Positions 24,910 through 37,591 of a DNA stretch of 64,000 nt are shown one piece after another. The position numbers and the translations under genes were made by a program. Position 1 is the first letter of the stretch. Each line of letters starts with the position of its first letter. The notes beneath the pieces are model-generated. The model saw nothing but the letters and a program-made list of their open reading frames with translations. It had not been told where the DNA came from and did no database searches. The DNA is from Psammoneis japonica (taxonomy: Eukaryota), in assembly GCA_008632985.1 (NCBI GenBank), contig QPGO01000060.1, positions 310,001-374,000 on the forward strand. The letters run 5' to 3'.

Positions 24910-25650
24910 CTACTTGCTACTAGAGCTGTTACCATTCTTTGGTTTCGTTTCTTTTCCACTCCTCTCTTCTTCATCATCCGAACTTTCTTCCAAATGTTCT
25001 AATTCCTTGTATTGTTGTTTCCATACTTTATAATGAGACGTTTTCTTCCAAATATAATAAAATTCCACAATACTTTGGTCGTTTTGGATGGTCCAATATC
25101 GGCTTGGATCAAATGAAAGTGTTTGCCATGCAACATTATCGAGGCTTCAAATTTGGCAATTTCATATGGACTCCATTGTTCAATGACAGTGGGACGTCGT
25201 AATGGACTCGACAAGTAACCCAAGGTTGTGACGCGTTCGATTGGAACATTATATGGATAATGGCCAAAGGGTAATGATGTCGACGAGGGATGATGGTACA
25301 TGAGATTACCCACCAAGCTAATGTAGTCTTCTGCCATTTGATGAGCTGTTTTATAATGAAATAGAAAAAGAAGTAAGAAGTAAGTAAGAAAATATAACAT
25401 ATAAGACGTGTGAACAAATATTGGAGAGAGAAAAGAGAGTTGCAAATGCCGCCAGCAAAATACACGGAGGTGCATAATGTTCTGTATGCGCACCTCTCCA
25501 TCGTTTCTTTGGTTGTACAGAAGAATCATCGTCAGGCCGAGGCCGTTTCCGCACCACTCCATCATTATCGCCTTCTTCTTCATCAAGAGCACGCTTAGTA
25601 TTGGTATCCACTGGCTGAGAGGATGATGATTCAACGTCCATAGTTGCCAT
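24910..25650 (-). CDS. Small SANT/Myb-like domain protein (MIER/RERE/MTA-type SANT)
   Basis: RRPTVIEQWSPYEIAKFEASIMLHGKHFHLIQ, then after one frameshift VEFYYIWKKTSHYKVWK. One intron at ~25347-25460. Confidence 0.75.
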
Positions 25651-26135
25651 GGTCAAGTCTCGTGCTTTTGTGTGTGCTTGTTTGATGGGCACTGATGTGG
25701 CGCGTTTTGATTTTACTGCTTTTCAGCCTCTTATGGTCAAAAAGGACTGTTTCTCTCATTTATGATGAAAAAAGGTGATTTGCTTTCAATTATCATTGAA
25801 AAGTGAATTTCGACCATACGGGGTACAAAATGAATCAAATCAAGGGGCAATATAATTATGTCTGCTCATGCGTTGATTGGGTGAAAGACATTTTATATAA
25901 CCTTAATATTGTATAAATATGAAAAAAATTTGTATTATCGTTACTAAACTATATTGTTAAGTTATTATTTATGGGATAACGGCTGGCGAGGGTCGTCAAC
26001 ACACCGGCATCCACTTCAAGGAGGAGTTTGCCAATGAGACGCGCACTCCGCCGTTTGTTTGTTGTGTGTGATTGAACTCTAGCTAGAGTCAGCCGTGTAA
26101 CCAATCAAGACATCAGATAAGAACCAGACTACAGT

Positions 26136-27326
26136 ATGGATCACCATCATCGTCAACAGCCGTCATGGTTGTCATCACAACTATCATCCTCCGAACAACC
26201 GCAGCAACAAGTCATTCGTTCGAGTCCGATTGCGATTGCACGGAGTCCCAGCAGTGATGATGATTCCGATAATGACGATGGCAATGATGTCTTGACACAA
26301 ATGTCTCATCTCACGGTTGGTTCGTTACCCAGTCGTTTGGCTCGTTCCATGCCGGGTGCACCGCACTTGACGTCACGTCAAGCACGTTCGAATCGACATT
26401 TACCACCCATTGCACTTTCCGAACAGGCAACCAACGACGAAATTGCGTCATCGTCGGTTCCAGTATCCTATGGATCGTTACGAGAATCGCATTTGCAGGG
26501 ACGCTTCATGGATGGACCCGCATCGTATCGGGATTCCACGTCGGGACGAATTCATAAACTCGATCAACAACGGCGCATGGTGGTACGATTTGATGATTCC
26601 TCCACCTCATACAAACGATCTCCCATGGAAACCAATCATAATTCAACAAAATATAATGATGTACCCAACAAGAAATTACTATCGGGTGATCGTGTACAGA
26701 ATGACAAGGACGACGACGACGACAAGCCGACTCCTGGAGAACGAATGCAGGAAGCACGGAAACAACGGGGTTTGTTGGATTCGTCTTCATCATCACTCTC
26801 GTCGGGCATGTCACCCAAGGAAACGACTACATCCAGTAGTGGTACACTTGCTGCCATGATGCAAGATGCTCCCAAGGAGGAAGAAAAAATTGTTGTTGCT
26901 CCACAGCAATTGCCGCTGCACGATCAATCGTTTGGACAAGAGCTACACGGAAGTAGCAGCATGCTTTCCACCTCCTTAACCGCACTCGAGGTGTTGCGCA
27001 ATGCGGCACATGATCCATTGCCACAACCACCGCCACCGGCGGCAAATGTTCTACCGTCCAATGCTGCTGCTGCTGCTGCAAATCAACAAGGAGCCATTAA
27101 TGACGAGACACAGCAGTCGTACTACCATCCACCAAACACCGATTGGAACGACGCAGCTGCTGCACGTTTGCCAGAAGAACAACAACAACAGCAACATGAT
27201 TGGACACAAGAAACGGCGCAACAACAACCATGGGATCAACCTCATGCAGTGGCTGACGACCATCGACCGCCATCTCCGGAACACAATCTGGATACCGAAG
27301 GTGCCTTTGAATTTGATGATTTTTAA
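26136..27326 (+). CDS. Hypothetical low-complexity protein, 396 aa
   Basis: Long single ORF rich in S/Q/D, with SYGSLRES and GAFEFDDF motifs. Confidence 0.7.
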   Translation: MDHHHRQQPSWLSSQLSSSEQPQQQVIRSSPIAIARSPSSDDDSDNDDGNDVLTQMSHLTVGSLPSRLARSMPGAPHLTSRQARSNRHLPPIALSEQATNDEIASSSVPVSYGSLRESHLQGRFMDGPASYRDSTSGRIHKLDQQRRMVVRFDDSSTSYKRSPMETNHNSTKYNDVPNKKLLSGDRVQNDKDDDDDKPTPGERMQEARKQRGLLDSSSSSLSSGMSPKETTTSSSGTLAAMMQDAPKEEEKIVVAPQQLPLHDQSFGQELHGSSSMLSTSLTALEVLRNAAHDPLPQPPPPAANVLPSNAAAAAANQQGAINDETQQSYYHPPNTDWNDAAAARLPEEQQQQQHDWTQETAQQQPWDQPHAVADDHRPPSPEHNLDTEGAFEFDDF

Positions 27327-30300
27327 GAAAAGGTTTTACGAAAAATACGACGCCGCTATTACGACCTTGCTCTTTATGACATATGGTCAGCATCAAAAAT
27401 TGTTGCGCAGTATCGTATAAAATTCTGGGGTCAAACATTTTTTTTAAAAAAAGGACACGTCTCGACAGGATATTGTAAACGCTCAATGGATTCATGGACC
27501 TCGTGCCGTGTGTCAATTATTTTGAGAAAGTCAACACACGGAGTGAGTTTTTGTAGCACGGTTTTGACAAGAGCTGGAGAGGTTTCTTTTGAGAGAGAAA
27601 GTGGTTTTTGCGGTTGAGATTTANNNNNNNNNNNNNNNNNNNNNNNNNNNNNNNNNNNNNNNNNNNNNNNNNNNNNNNNNNNNNNNNNNNNNNNNNNNNN
27701 NNNNNNNNNNNNNNNNNNNNNNNNNNNNNNNNNNNNNNNNNNNNNNNNNNNNNNNNNNNNNNNNNNNNNNNNNNNNNNNNNNNNNNNNNNNNNNNNNNNN
27801 NNNNNNNNNNNNNNNNNNNNNNNNNNNNNNNNNNNNNNNNNNNNNNNNNNNNNNNNNNNNNNNNNNNNNNNNNNNNNNNNNAAGTGATGAGGCCTCTACC
27901 AAAGTGCGGAATGGGTATCGTGAAAATGGTGTAGTACGAGACTCAGTGCTTTGAAGGTACGTGCCATGTGGTGCCTTGAGGAATTCAACTTGGGTTTGTG
28001 TTGGAGACGAAATCATGGGCTGTTTTCATTGATGCACGGTGACATCCGCAACTGCGATTCTTCGCCCTGCACATGCCATCCACTGCTGTTGCTTCTGTGT
28101 CAATGGTCCAAAAAACGACGAATGTTTAGATGCCTCATCTGTTGTGTCAATGTCATGTTCATCGGAATGGATTTCCACCTTGACGATCTGTTCTCTTTTT
28201 TTAAAGCGTTTTCACCACTCATCATTGCGTGTTTGTTGTTCTTTTGATGGGGTGAAACTGCCGCGAACTTGGTCCTGGGTCAATGCAGACTTCCTCTGCC
28301 ATCAATGAGATGCTTGAAAAGATGCACATGAGATCGGACCGTCATCCTTGCTTGCGAATCATGTGAACCCTGCGAAACCTCGTCCAAGGAGAACTCAATG
28401 ACTTTTCTCACATTTTCCTTGCAAAAATGTCACAATCATTTCTGCAAACTTGCCAGTTGATTCACAAGACCTTGGAATGATCTTGGCAGAGGTTGGCAAT
28501 GGTGAAGTCTTGAAGAATGCTGCAAAGAATCCCCCACCACCAAGGAAGCACAAGCCAGAGTTGGGGGTGCTGTTGGAGGTGCTCTTGGGCAAGATGGGTC
28601 CCGACTTGGTCGACAGGCATCTGCAGTTGATCAGAATCTGTTCACGGGCAATCAAGTTGGGCCACATTGATGTCCTGCATGAGGTTTCAGTCTCATCCCA
28701 GAGAATTTTTGACAGGCAATCAAGTTGCTGGGCCACAATGAACAAGGAGCCATTCACAAGACACAGCAGCCGCACTGCCATCCACCAAATGCCGATTGGG
28801 ACGACGCAGCGGCACGTTTGTCAGAAGAACAACAACAACATGACTGGACACAAGGAATGGTGCAACAACAGCAACAACCTTGGGATCAACCTCACGCAGT
28901 GGCTGACGACCATTGACCACCATCTCCAGAGCACAATCTGGGTGCCGAAGGTGCCTTTGAATTGATGATTTTTAAGAAAAGGTCATGCTCTACAAGAATG
29001 CGATGCTGTTGTGATGACCTTGATCTTGATGACATGGTCAGCATGAAAAATTTTGCCGCATCATGCAAAATCCTGGGGTCAACCATTTTTAAAAAAAGGA
29101 CACGTGTCAACAGGACATTGTGAAATGCTCGATGGAGATTCTTCATGGACCTCATGCCGTGTGTCAATTGTTTTGAGAAAGTCAACACATGGAGTGAGTT
29201 TTTGTAGCATGGTTTGTAAAAGAGCTGGAGAGGTTTCTTTTGAGAGAGAAAGTGGTTTTTGCGGTTGAGATTTAGCTTGGTCGTGCAGACGTGGCAGAAC
29301 AAGGGACAAAATTTAGGACCAGAGCATTGGTGTTAAGAAAGCAGGAGTTTCCCTGAAAGTCCATGTCATGTTGGAACGTTGGCATCACATCACCTGCACT
29401 GGTGTGATTTGCACGCCACATTTCATCCTTGTTTCGATCGCCCTGGTTCCCATGGTGCTGGAAGGGTTCCGTTGTGATGGGCAGAAGAACGAGTCAATGC
29501 CGTGGGCAGTGATGAGGCCCACCAAAGCGCGGAGTGGGTGTCGTGAAAATCGTGCAGCATGAGACTCAGTGTTTTAAAGGTGCGCACCAAAGTGCCTTGA
29601 GAAATTCAATGTGGGATGCTCTAAAGAGATCAGGTTTGTGTTGGAGACGAAACCATGGGCTGGCTCATTGATGTGCGGTGATGTCCGCAACTGAGATTCT
29701 TCGCCCTGCACATGCCATCTGCTGCTGTTGCTTCTGTGTCAATGGTCCAAAAAATGACGAATGTTTAGATGCCTCATCTGTTGTGTCAATGTCATGTTCA
29801 TCGGAATGGACCCCCACCTTGACGATCTGTTTTCTTTTTTAAAAGCGTTTTCACTGCTCATCATTGCATTTGTTGTTCTTTTGATGGGGTGAAACTGCCG
29901 CGAACTTGGTCCTGGGTCAATGCAAACTTCCTCTGCCATCAATGAGATGCTTGAAAAGATGCACATGAGATCGGACCATCATCCTTGCTTGCGAATCATG
30001 CGAACCCTGCGAAACCTCATCCAAGGAGAACTCAATGACTTTTCTCACATTTTCCTTGCAAAAATGTCACCATCATTTCTGCAAACTTGCCAGTTTGTTC
30101 ACAAGACCTTGGAATGATCATTGGAGGAGGTTGGCAATGGTGGTCTTGAAGAATGCTGCAAAGAATCCCCCACCACCAAGGAAGCACAAGCCAGAGTTGG
30201 AGGCGCTGTTGGAGGTGCTCTTGGGCAAGATGGGTCCCGACTTGGTCAACAGGCATCTGCAGTTGATCAGAATCTGTTGATGGGCAATCAAGTTGGGCCA

Positions 30301-30378
30301 CATTGATGTCCTGCATGAGGTTTCAGTCCCATCCCAGAGAATCTTTTGTGACAGGCAATCAAGTTGCTGGGCCACAAT
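27088..30378 (+). repeat. Diverged tandem duplication, unit ~1.64 kb (27088-28740 and ~28745-30378), including the 3' end of the 26136-27326 gene
   Basis: 27088-27623 aligns with 28745-29273, and 27882-28740 aligns with 29507-30378. Confidence 0.88.
27624..27881. other. Assembly gap (run of N)
   Basis: 258 Ns. By the duplication, the missing sequence should resemble 29274-29506. Confidence 0.98.
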
Positions 30379-32397
30379 GATGTGTCCTGTGTGAGGAATC
30401 AGCCCCACCCCAGCATCAAGTGAGATCAAGGAAAGGACACTCAGAGGCTTTGCATGCAACGTTTGTGCATGTGTGAAGAAGCACACCACCAGCAGAATGT
30501 GCAGCAGATTGGATTTGATCCCAAGGCACCGCCAGTGGTCGACAAGCCCACCTTCAATTTGGATGTGCAGGCTGGACCAAGTTTTGCAGAGACATTGAGA
30601 AAAGAGGAGTTGCTGCTGCCAAGAGTGCCTGAGACTCATGTCAGCTGACCCAGCAAGAGCATCTGTGCATTTTTGTTCACACAAGCCATGTGGGCAACAT
30701 TGTTGCTTGCATGTCTCACAATGGAGCTCTGATCTTTGTCAACAATGTGCTGGTCACATGGCTCAGCAAGCAAAGCAGAACATGGCTGAGTTGACAATGT
30801 TTTGGAGTGCAAATGGGTTGCAGCATGCATCCACAAGGGGCTGGTCATTGCTTTGTGTTGCAAGTTGTGGGTGTTTGACACACAAATGGAAGGGCTGGCA
30901 AGCATCTTTTGCAGTGGCTGCAGTGTGGTGAAGAGTGCAAATGTTCCCAAGCAAGCTTTTCACAAGAAGCACAATGTGATCAACTGTCTCGCATGGTCCC
31001 CAAGAGGCAATGGCTGGTGGCTGGAGTTGTGTTTCTTTCTTTCACCATGTCAGCACCCTTTTTTCAATTTTTAATTTCAGTTTCTCTCTCCAACAGCAGT
31101 GCAGTGCAGCGGTGGTGCCCTTGTCAAATTGTTGTGCATTGTGGACAAAACCCAGTGCATGGCAACTGTGTCCACTCACCACTGTCAATGCACATCACAA
31201 TGACAGAGAGATGTGCTTGCTGCAGCTGACAGCTGGAAAGGTGTCAACACACCAGTCACAAAATGGGCCACATTTGCACACTCCACACCACTCCCACAGA
31301 TCAGTGTGGCTGCATGCATTTTCGCCAAAATTTTCCACATGATTTCTGTGCTTCTTGCACAACCTGCATGCATGCCTGGCACCAAAAGCCAAGAACAACA
31401 CCTGTTTCTTTGGCTGTTCAAAAATGCCTTTTTGGCAATGGCCAAGCTGCTCATCTGGTTCTGGTGCCAAGCACGCTCAGTTGGTGTGAATCCATTGGAG
31501 CCTGGCCTGTGACCTGACCTGGCCATTGAGAGCTCAGATGATGTGCAACAGAAGCAGCCAAGTGTGTCTGTGAAACAAAAGTGTTTCTTTTTCACAGACA
31601 GAAATGAGATTGATGGGCACAAGGCACAAAATTTCTTGAGGAGAGTCATCCCCGCGTGTGTCCCAGAATTGCCGGGGCATTTGAATGAGATTTTTTGCAG
31701 TGTCCATTTTTGAATGCAAAAATTGTTCACACTCACACCCAGTCATGCATGAAAACAAAAATGTCAAGCACCATGATTGAAGCATGATGATGATGGCAAT
31801 CTTGATGTTTGGCATGCACGTGCCCTTTGATGCATCACAACAAACACAAAATGGATGAGAGTTGGTCGATGGACCACCTCCATCACAGACTTGTGGCTTG
31901 ATGTTTTCACCATGGCAAAGCGTGGTGAAATTTGCAACAGCAAGTTGTGCAGATCATGAGCTGTTTGGCCACAATCGAGCTAAAAAAAGCAGCAAATGAC
32001 CCCCCTCAAGATCTTTTCATTGCTCACAAGAGTTGATGTGCAGCTGCAAAAAAGAGTCAAATCTGGCTGCTCTTTCTTCCAAAAAGCTTCTTGTTCTCAG
32101 CTGCTGTGACCTCAAGCTGCCATTTCTTTTCTTCAACCTTTTCATTCAGAGCTGGAGGGGCACATGAATGTTGAGTTTGCAATGGCGCCATTCTCAGAGA
32201 CTGACTTTGCACCTGTTGTGGAACTGGTTGCTTCTCAGCCAGTTCTGGCATGATGGAATCAAAGCATCTCAGGAAACCATTGGTTCTTGCAAGATCCAGT
32301 CCATGGTTGGTGGCAACTGTCATGTGGAAGGCCATGCATTGCAGCGGTGATTGCACCACAGAAAGGCTGTTGCTGGCATGTTGCAGTCTGAATTTTT
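28020..32397. other. Hypermutated domain depleted of TpA and, progressively, CpG
   Basis: TA is nearly absent; CG is largely lost beyond ~30.1 kb. ORFs are Tyr-free and Cys/His-rich. Confidence 0.85.
31640..32005. mobile_element. Degenerate relative of the 13965-14772 TTAA-flanked element
   Basis: Flanked by TTGA (31636-39) and TCAA (32006-09); termini GGAGAGTCAT...ATGACCCCCC. Internal GCATGAAAACAAAAATGTCAAGCACCATGATTGAAGCATGATGATGATGGCAAT matches 14071-14125 with its CpGs converted. Confidence 0.6.
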
Positions 32398-33835
32398 GAC
32401 TTGTTCCAGACTTAGGTGCGCTCACGCGCGAAAAATGACCCTTTCGCATGAACGCGCGGTCCACACTTCGGTACCATTTCGATAGTAAAATATAACAATT
32501 TCAAATGTGTTGTTATGGTACATACAGAAAGTCTTGTGCGTGTACCCATGTATTCGAAACTGTGGATGGACTCAGTTGTTAGTCGCTAAATTGTACCGTA
32601 AGTTGAGAGCTCTGTTTTCCGAGGAGCGATTTATAGATGTCTTAATGTGTGAAGAAACGTATGAAATATTATTCCTATATATAAATTAACACGGGATCCG
32701 CGGATGCACCAGGGGAATCTGCAAATGCGGGATGAAAGGGGAAAGGGGCAAATGTGAATGGTGGAAAAGTGACATGCTATTATTTTACCTTGAGGGACCC
32801 TTTAGTCAGCCAAACACGCTTATTGCCGATTTGACCCTCGTAGGTCCGTCCTTTCGGGGGTCGTTAAATTGTGAGAGCAGACGCGGTCTCGAGAAATAAT
32901 TTTATATATTATATATTTGACCATTAATATTATATAAATCTGAAAACGACACACATAAAAAACGCGCACGTACGTTTTTCAACTTTATATAACCTTCATA
33001 GCCATATATATTATATAACGATTAATCCTCAAGACGCGTCCCGTCACAACATTTTGACACCCCCCATAAGACGGACCTATGATGGTCAGATGACAAATGT
33101 GCGTGTTCGGCTCACTAAAGGGACCCTTAAGGCACAACAATAGCCCCTTACTTTCCCAACATTCCCATTTGCCCCTTTCCCCTTTCATCCCGCAATTCCC
33201 GGGTGCACCCGTGGATCCCGTGTTAAACCTCTAACATAACATAATTAATCTTTGGTTAAAATGCGCGAATACAACTATCGTTCAACGGATCGAATAAAAC
33301 ATACGTTGATTAATAAGTTTCGGACGACGTGAGAAGAAGGGTAGCTCAGCCCACGCAATGGCGTCGACTTCGGACCATTTTTCACTGTTTAAAAGGCATA
33401 AACGATTGATACACTTCAATCAGTCGAATATATTGAGGAAATATACATGATAATGGCAAAGAAATGGTCCTTAGAGGCAAATTGTGAGTGAATTGAGGCT
33501 CAATTGTTGTTGCTGACAGATTTAGTATTATTGTGCCGCGCTGCAGCCTGTAACAAGCATTTTCACTATTTTTGTTGATGCCTTAGACTATATCAAATAC
33601 GGAGGTCCTCGTCATGACATTAAATTTTCCATAAGGCTGAAAAAAGTGGGCCGTCATGGTCACTGAAAGCCATGGCCGGTTTGGCTGTTTGTTTGTTCGA
33701 GTTTATTCTGTTTATTTTATTTATAAGCAATTAATATGATCAATATAATGAAATATGTACGATGTGAATAAAGCATAAAAATTTTTTTTTCTGCGAAAAG
33801 GGGCATGTGCGCGCCACCTAAGTCTGGAACAAGTC
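32398..33835. mobile_element. Non-autonomous DNA transposon, 1438 bp, with 21-bp perfect TIRs
   Basis: GACTTGTTCCAGACTTAGGTG (32398-32418) and its reverse complement at 33815-33835, with further subterminal similarity. T-run flanks could be a TTT/TTTT target site duplication. Interior is AT/TA-rich and non-coding. Confidence 0.8.
32690..33222. mobile_element. Nested piggyBac-like MITE (533 bp) with TTAA target duplication and ~210-bp imperfect TIRs
   Basis: TTAA(32686-89)|CACGGGATCC...GGATCCCGTG|TTAA(33223-26). 32690-32900 is the imperfect reverse complement of 33020-33222. Confidence 0.85.
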
Positions 33836-35050
33836 TTTTGCCATGCCACCTTTTTGATGATTTCTTGGATGTGGGACAGTCAGTCTTGTTCAAGATTTTT
33901 GTGTCTTTTTGGACAGTGACAAATTCAGCATGCTTTCCATTTTCATCATGTCTCCTCCATTGTTGTGAACAGGCCACGTGCTGTGTTCTTCATGCCTCAA
34001 ACAAGACACCACACATGCTTTCAGCTGCCCCAATCATGCTCCTTGAAAAAGCACTCAAGAGATGTGCTGTTTTGTTCTTTGTCTTCATTTCAAGTGCAAT
34101 TGACACACAAGTGGTGATGAACTCAGAAGCACAAATGCAACAGAGTCATCCGGCAGACACACCAAGAAGACACTGTGGCAGATGTCAGTGCAACAGCATT
34201 TCAACACTTCTGTTGATCACATCTCTGGAAGTCCAGTGCGTGTTGCAACAATGCTGAGAAGTTCCCCAGCACCACCAAAAACAGACACGTCATTGAGGAT
34301 GACCTCTCCCAAACCACTTTTGACTGAAAAAGCACCCCCAGATGCTCTGCAGATGCAACACATGTTGTCATTGGTGATGGCCTCTGCATTTGCAATTCCC
34401 CACACAATGCTGCACAGAGTGCCAACTCTGGGCGCTTGACCTGACATCAAGCCAGCCGTCAAATCTGTTTTGGTCTTTCTCCATGTGGCCAATGCTGCAG
34501 TTTGGAGATCTGGTGATGACATGTTTCTTGACTCCTGCAATGTCATCCTCAATGAATGATGCACAATGCCATCTCCACCAGAAACACAAGTTTCATGCTC
34601 TTCGACAACCTTGTGCCGTGCTTCAAACTTGCTCGTGCAGATGCATTCTGGGTTCCTCCCAGGCAGAAAGAAGACAGCAGAGTTGCCAGCAAATTTGCAT
34701 TTCTGTTCAAGTGCAGGAGGACAGGCTTCTGGGAAAGGCACAATCGAGACACCATGCAAGCAAAAACTTTCGCCCCCAGCGCCGCCTTGAGCCAGCAGCG
34801 GTGCCATTGACAATCCTTGCCGACTCAACTGTGTCATTCATGACTTCATTGTGGAAACAGACATGAGATGCTGAAACAAACCATGATTGAGCCACTCCAA
34901 AAAGCTCCTCTAAGGTCATCAATTCTGCCTCCGTTGATGGCGACACATCCAGACATCCTCCTCAAAGTTTCTTGGATCAGGGACTCCGACCGATGTCCCT
35001 GCTCCTGCTGTTGGTTGGACTCTTCTCTTTTGATGGTGTTCTCCTGTCAT
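33836..35050 (-). pseudogene. Hypermutated (TpA/CpG-depleted) relic of a coding sequence
   Basis: Protein-like, Tyr-free minus-strand ORFs (34217-34837, 34919-35050). Composition returns to normal at ~35050. Confidence 0.4.
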
Positions 35051-35386
35051 TAGAGTTTCTATCCCTGGCTCATCTTTGGTTGGAAAGTTGTGTGTGGCAC
35101 AAAGGTGATTCTCGAAATGGTGATGGTTGATGGTGTTGTTGCTTCGTTTTTTGTTAGCAGGTGACAGTCTATTTATGATGTGTATCCGACCATGTCGATT
35201 TTTATCATAATCATTTTTGAAATTTGGCAAACCCGGAAAGGAACGCATGCTCGCGTTATTTCGCTCGATGCGATGAGCCAAAGATGAAGCAAGCTTGGCT
35301 TGAAGCTGAAAGCGGCCAAGAGCAAACCCGCGTGTGGAATGCCAATCGAATCCCTTGTTGCTGATCACGCCGAAAGGCAACAAACA

Positions 35387-36438
35387 ATGAGTGAAGAAAC
35401 AGGATCTACTCTTCCCAGTAGCCGTCAGACACCCAGCAGGAAATATCGGAGGCGCCCTTCGTCAGCCGAAGAAGTTCCGTCTTATGTGCTTCATGCAGTG
35501 TATGGACTCGGAAAACACAAGGCCGAGGAACGGTGGTCTGTTCTCTGCCTTCAAGCCTTCCAAGCTGGTGTATTCAAGTCGATTGCCTGCCAAGTCTACT
35601 TGACTGTTGGGGGCGGTATTTTGGGAGCGGCGTTGTTTCCCGTTGGTTTGATTGCCATTCTCCTGACGGGAGCCGAGCTCTTCACTAGCGACTCCCTCTT
35701 TATGATTGTGACCTTTTTAGGAGGCAAGATAAAGCCGGGCGCACTTCTTCGAAACTTGTGCTTTTCATGGACCTTCAACTTTGTTGGATGCCTTTATTGG
35801 GCCCTATTCATGACTTACTTTCCCGAACAACTGGAGGATGCTGGTCAGGTTGACTTTGCCGTTTATTTTGCAGAAAAGAAAGTGAATCAGCGTTGGTACC
35901 AAATATTTCTCAAGGGGATTGGAGCTAATTTCTTGATTTCGGTTGCTGTTTGGCAGTTTACGACTGCGGGAGAGGTGGCGGGAAAGATTTTGGCTGTTTG
36001 GTTTCCGATTGTAACGTTTATGACGATTGGATTGTAAGTCTGAGCCCGAGCTTGAATCCGTCATGAAACGGTCTTCATCCATATCATCTCACTTATGATT
36101 TTCGTCCCAAACCTGTGTTTTTTCATAAAAGCGAACACTCAATCGCCAATATGTATTTCCTTCCAATCGGTATGTGGTATGGTGCCAAGATCAGCGTGTC
36201 CCAACTCTTCTTTAAAGCTCTTCTCCCCGCAACCCTTGGAAATATGCTCGGAGGCGGAGTTGGCATGGGACTCATTTGCTGGTTTTTGTATGATTCCATG
36301 GCGAGCGGAGGGCAGTTATCCAACAAAATTCGAGAAGTCTTTGCCTATCACCCAATCAGGAGTAAATTTAGTAGAGCTTCCGAGGAGGAGTCGGAAGACA
36401 GCAGTGTTCATGAGGAGGACGACATTGGAACCCACTGA
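35387..36438 (+). CDS. Formate/nitrite transporter (FNT family), 2 exons
   Basis: LFPVGLIAILLTGAELFT, FNFVG, FLKGIGANFLI, GKILAVWFPI, EHSIANM, PATLGNMLGG. Intron at ~36034-36130. Confidence 0.92.
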
Positions 36439-37591
36439 GATGTTTTTCGTTGTATGTGCTACCGTGGTACACGGTATTTTTCGAGAATGCGATGGGTACG
36501 TTGCAGAGGTGTCAATAATTGTGAACCGTTGTTTAAAGACTAGTGGAATCTAAAAGAAACGATTATTCTTAGGCTTGGTATTTGTATTGTAATGCGTGGG
36601 ATATTGATGTGGCAGTAATACCTTTGAATTAATTTGGTGAATCAACACGAGCGAGCTAGCTTGGACGTTGCTATTCAACTCGCGATGAAACATGGCGCCA
36701 CATGCTTGTGCTGAGTTGCAAGGTTGATATCTTACATAAGCATTACACACGGAAACAGCAAAATTCAAAACGACAACAGTTTTCTTTTGCCGTTGCTGTT
36801 TGTCACCTGCACTGTTTTGTTCCACTGTTTCGGCCCGTCGCGTGGAAGATTCTGCAACCACCTGCAGCGCTGCGGCTGCTTTGTAGCATGGATTGTTGGT
36901 CCACACTTGCTAGTCTCAAACTTCTGTGTGGCCGCCATACGTCCAGGAAGGACATGCTGCGCAGTACTCGACATGGAACCTTTTTGATCGCACTTAGGCC
37001 ACGTGTGCGTGCCAAAAGTGTGACTGAAGCGATCGGATGCGGGTTTCTCTTGGCGGATGAGTTGATGTTGATGATCTCGGTCTCATTTATTTTTTGGTCG
37101 CGAAGATGACGATAGCGCTCTCCTATTTAACGACAGTTACTCCCATGCGAAAAAATAGCTTCCCGTTTCGTTTACGCGCGCATTTGAGCTAAAAAAGTTT
37201 GTGTCTTGAATGCCTAAATAAAAATGACGTCACGGTCGGAGTTGTTGGTCGTTCACGCGTTCACTTTCAAAAACTTGTCATTCCTCGGCCGCACAATCTC
37301 AAAACGGTTTCAAAATCACACGTTCTCGCCTCACAACGCGGATCAATCGTCCTTTTGACAAGCTGTAAGTCGATACAAGTCGTCGTGTGTGACTATGAGT
37401 GTGCCTTGGTTGTTGCGTTGTGTTGTTGGATACGAGCGGTCACGAGTGAGCTGTTGTATGCTGTATCTTATGCTCGTTGTTCGCAAGCATGCAGATGCGA
37501 GAAGAGGCCGACGGCTTCAACTGAGATCAATCATATGCTTATCTCTCTCTGCTTCATTCTCCCTTCTTTTCATAACAGATTCAACAACACC

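Noticed and set aside
27589..28016. ORFs spanning the run of N
   Set aside because: They are open only because of the assembly gap.
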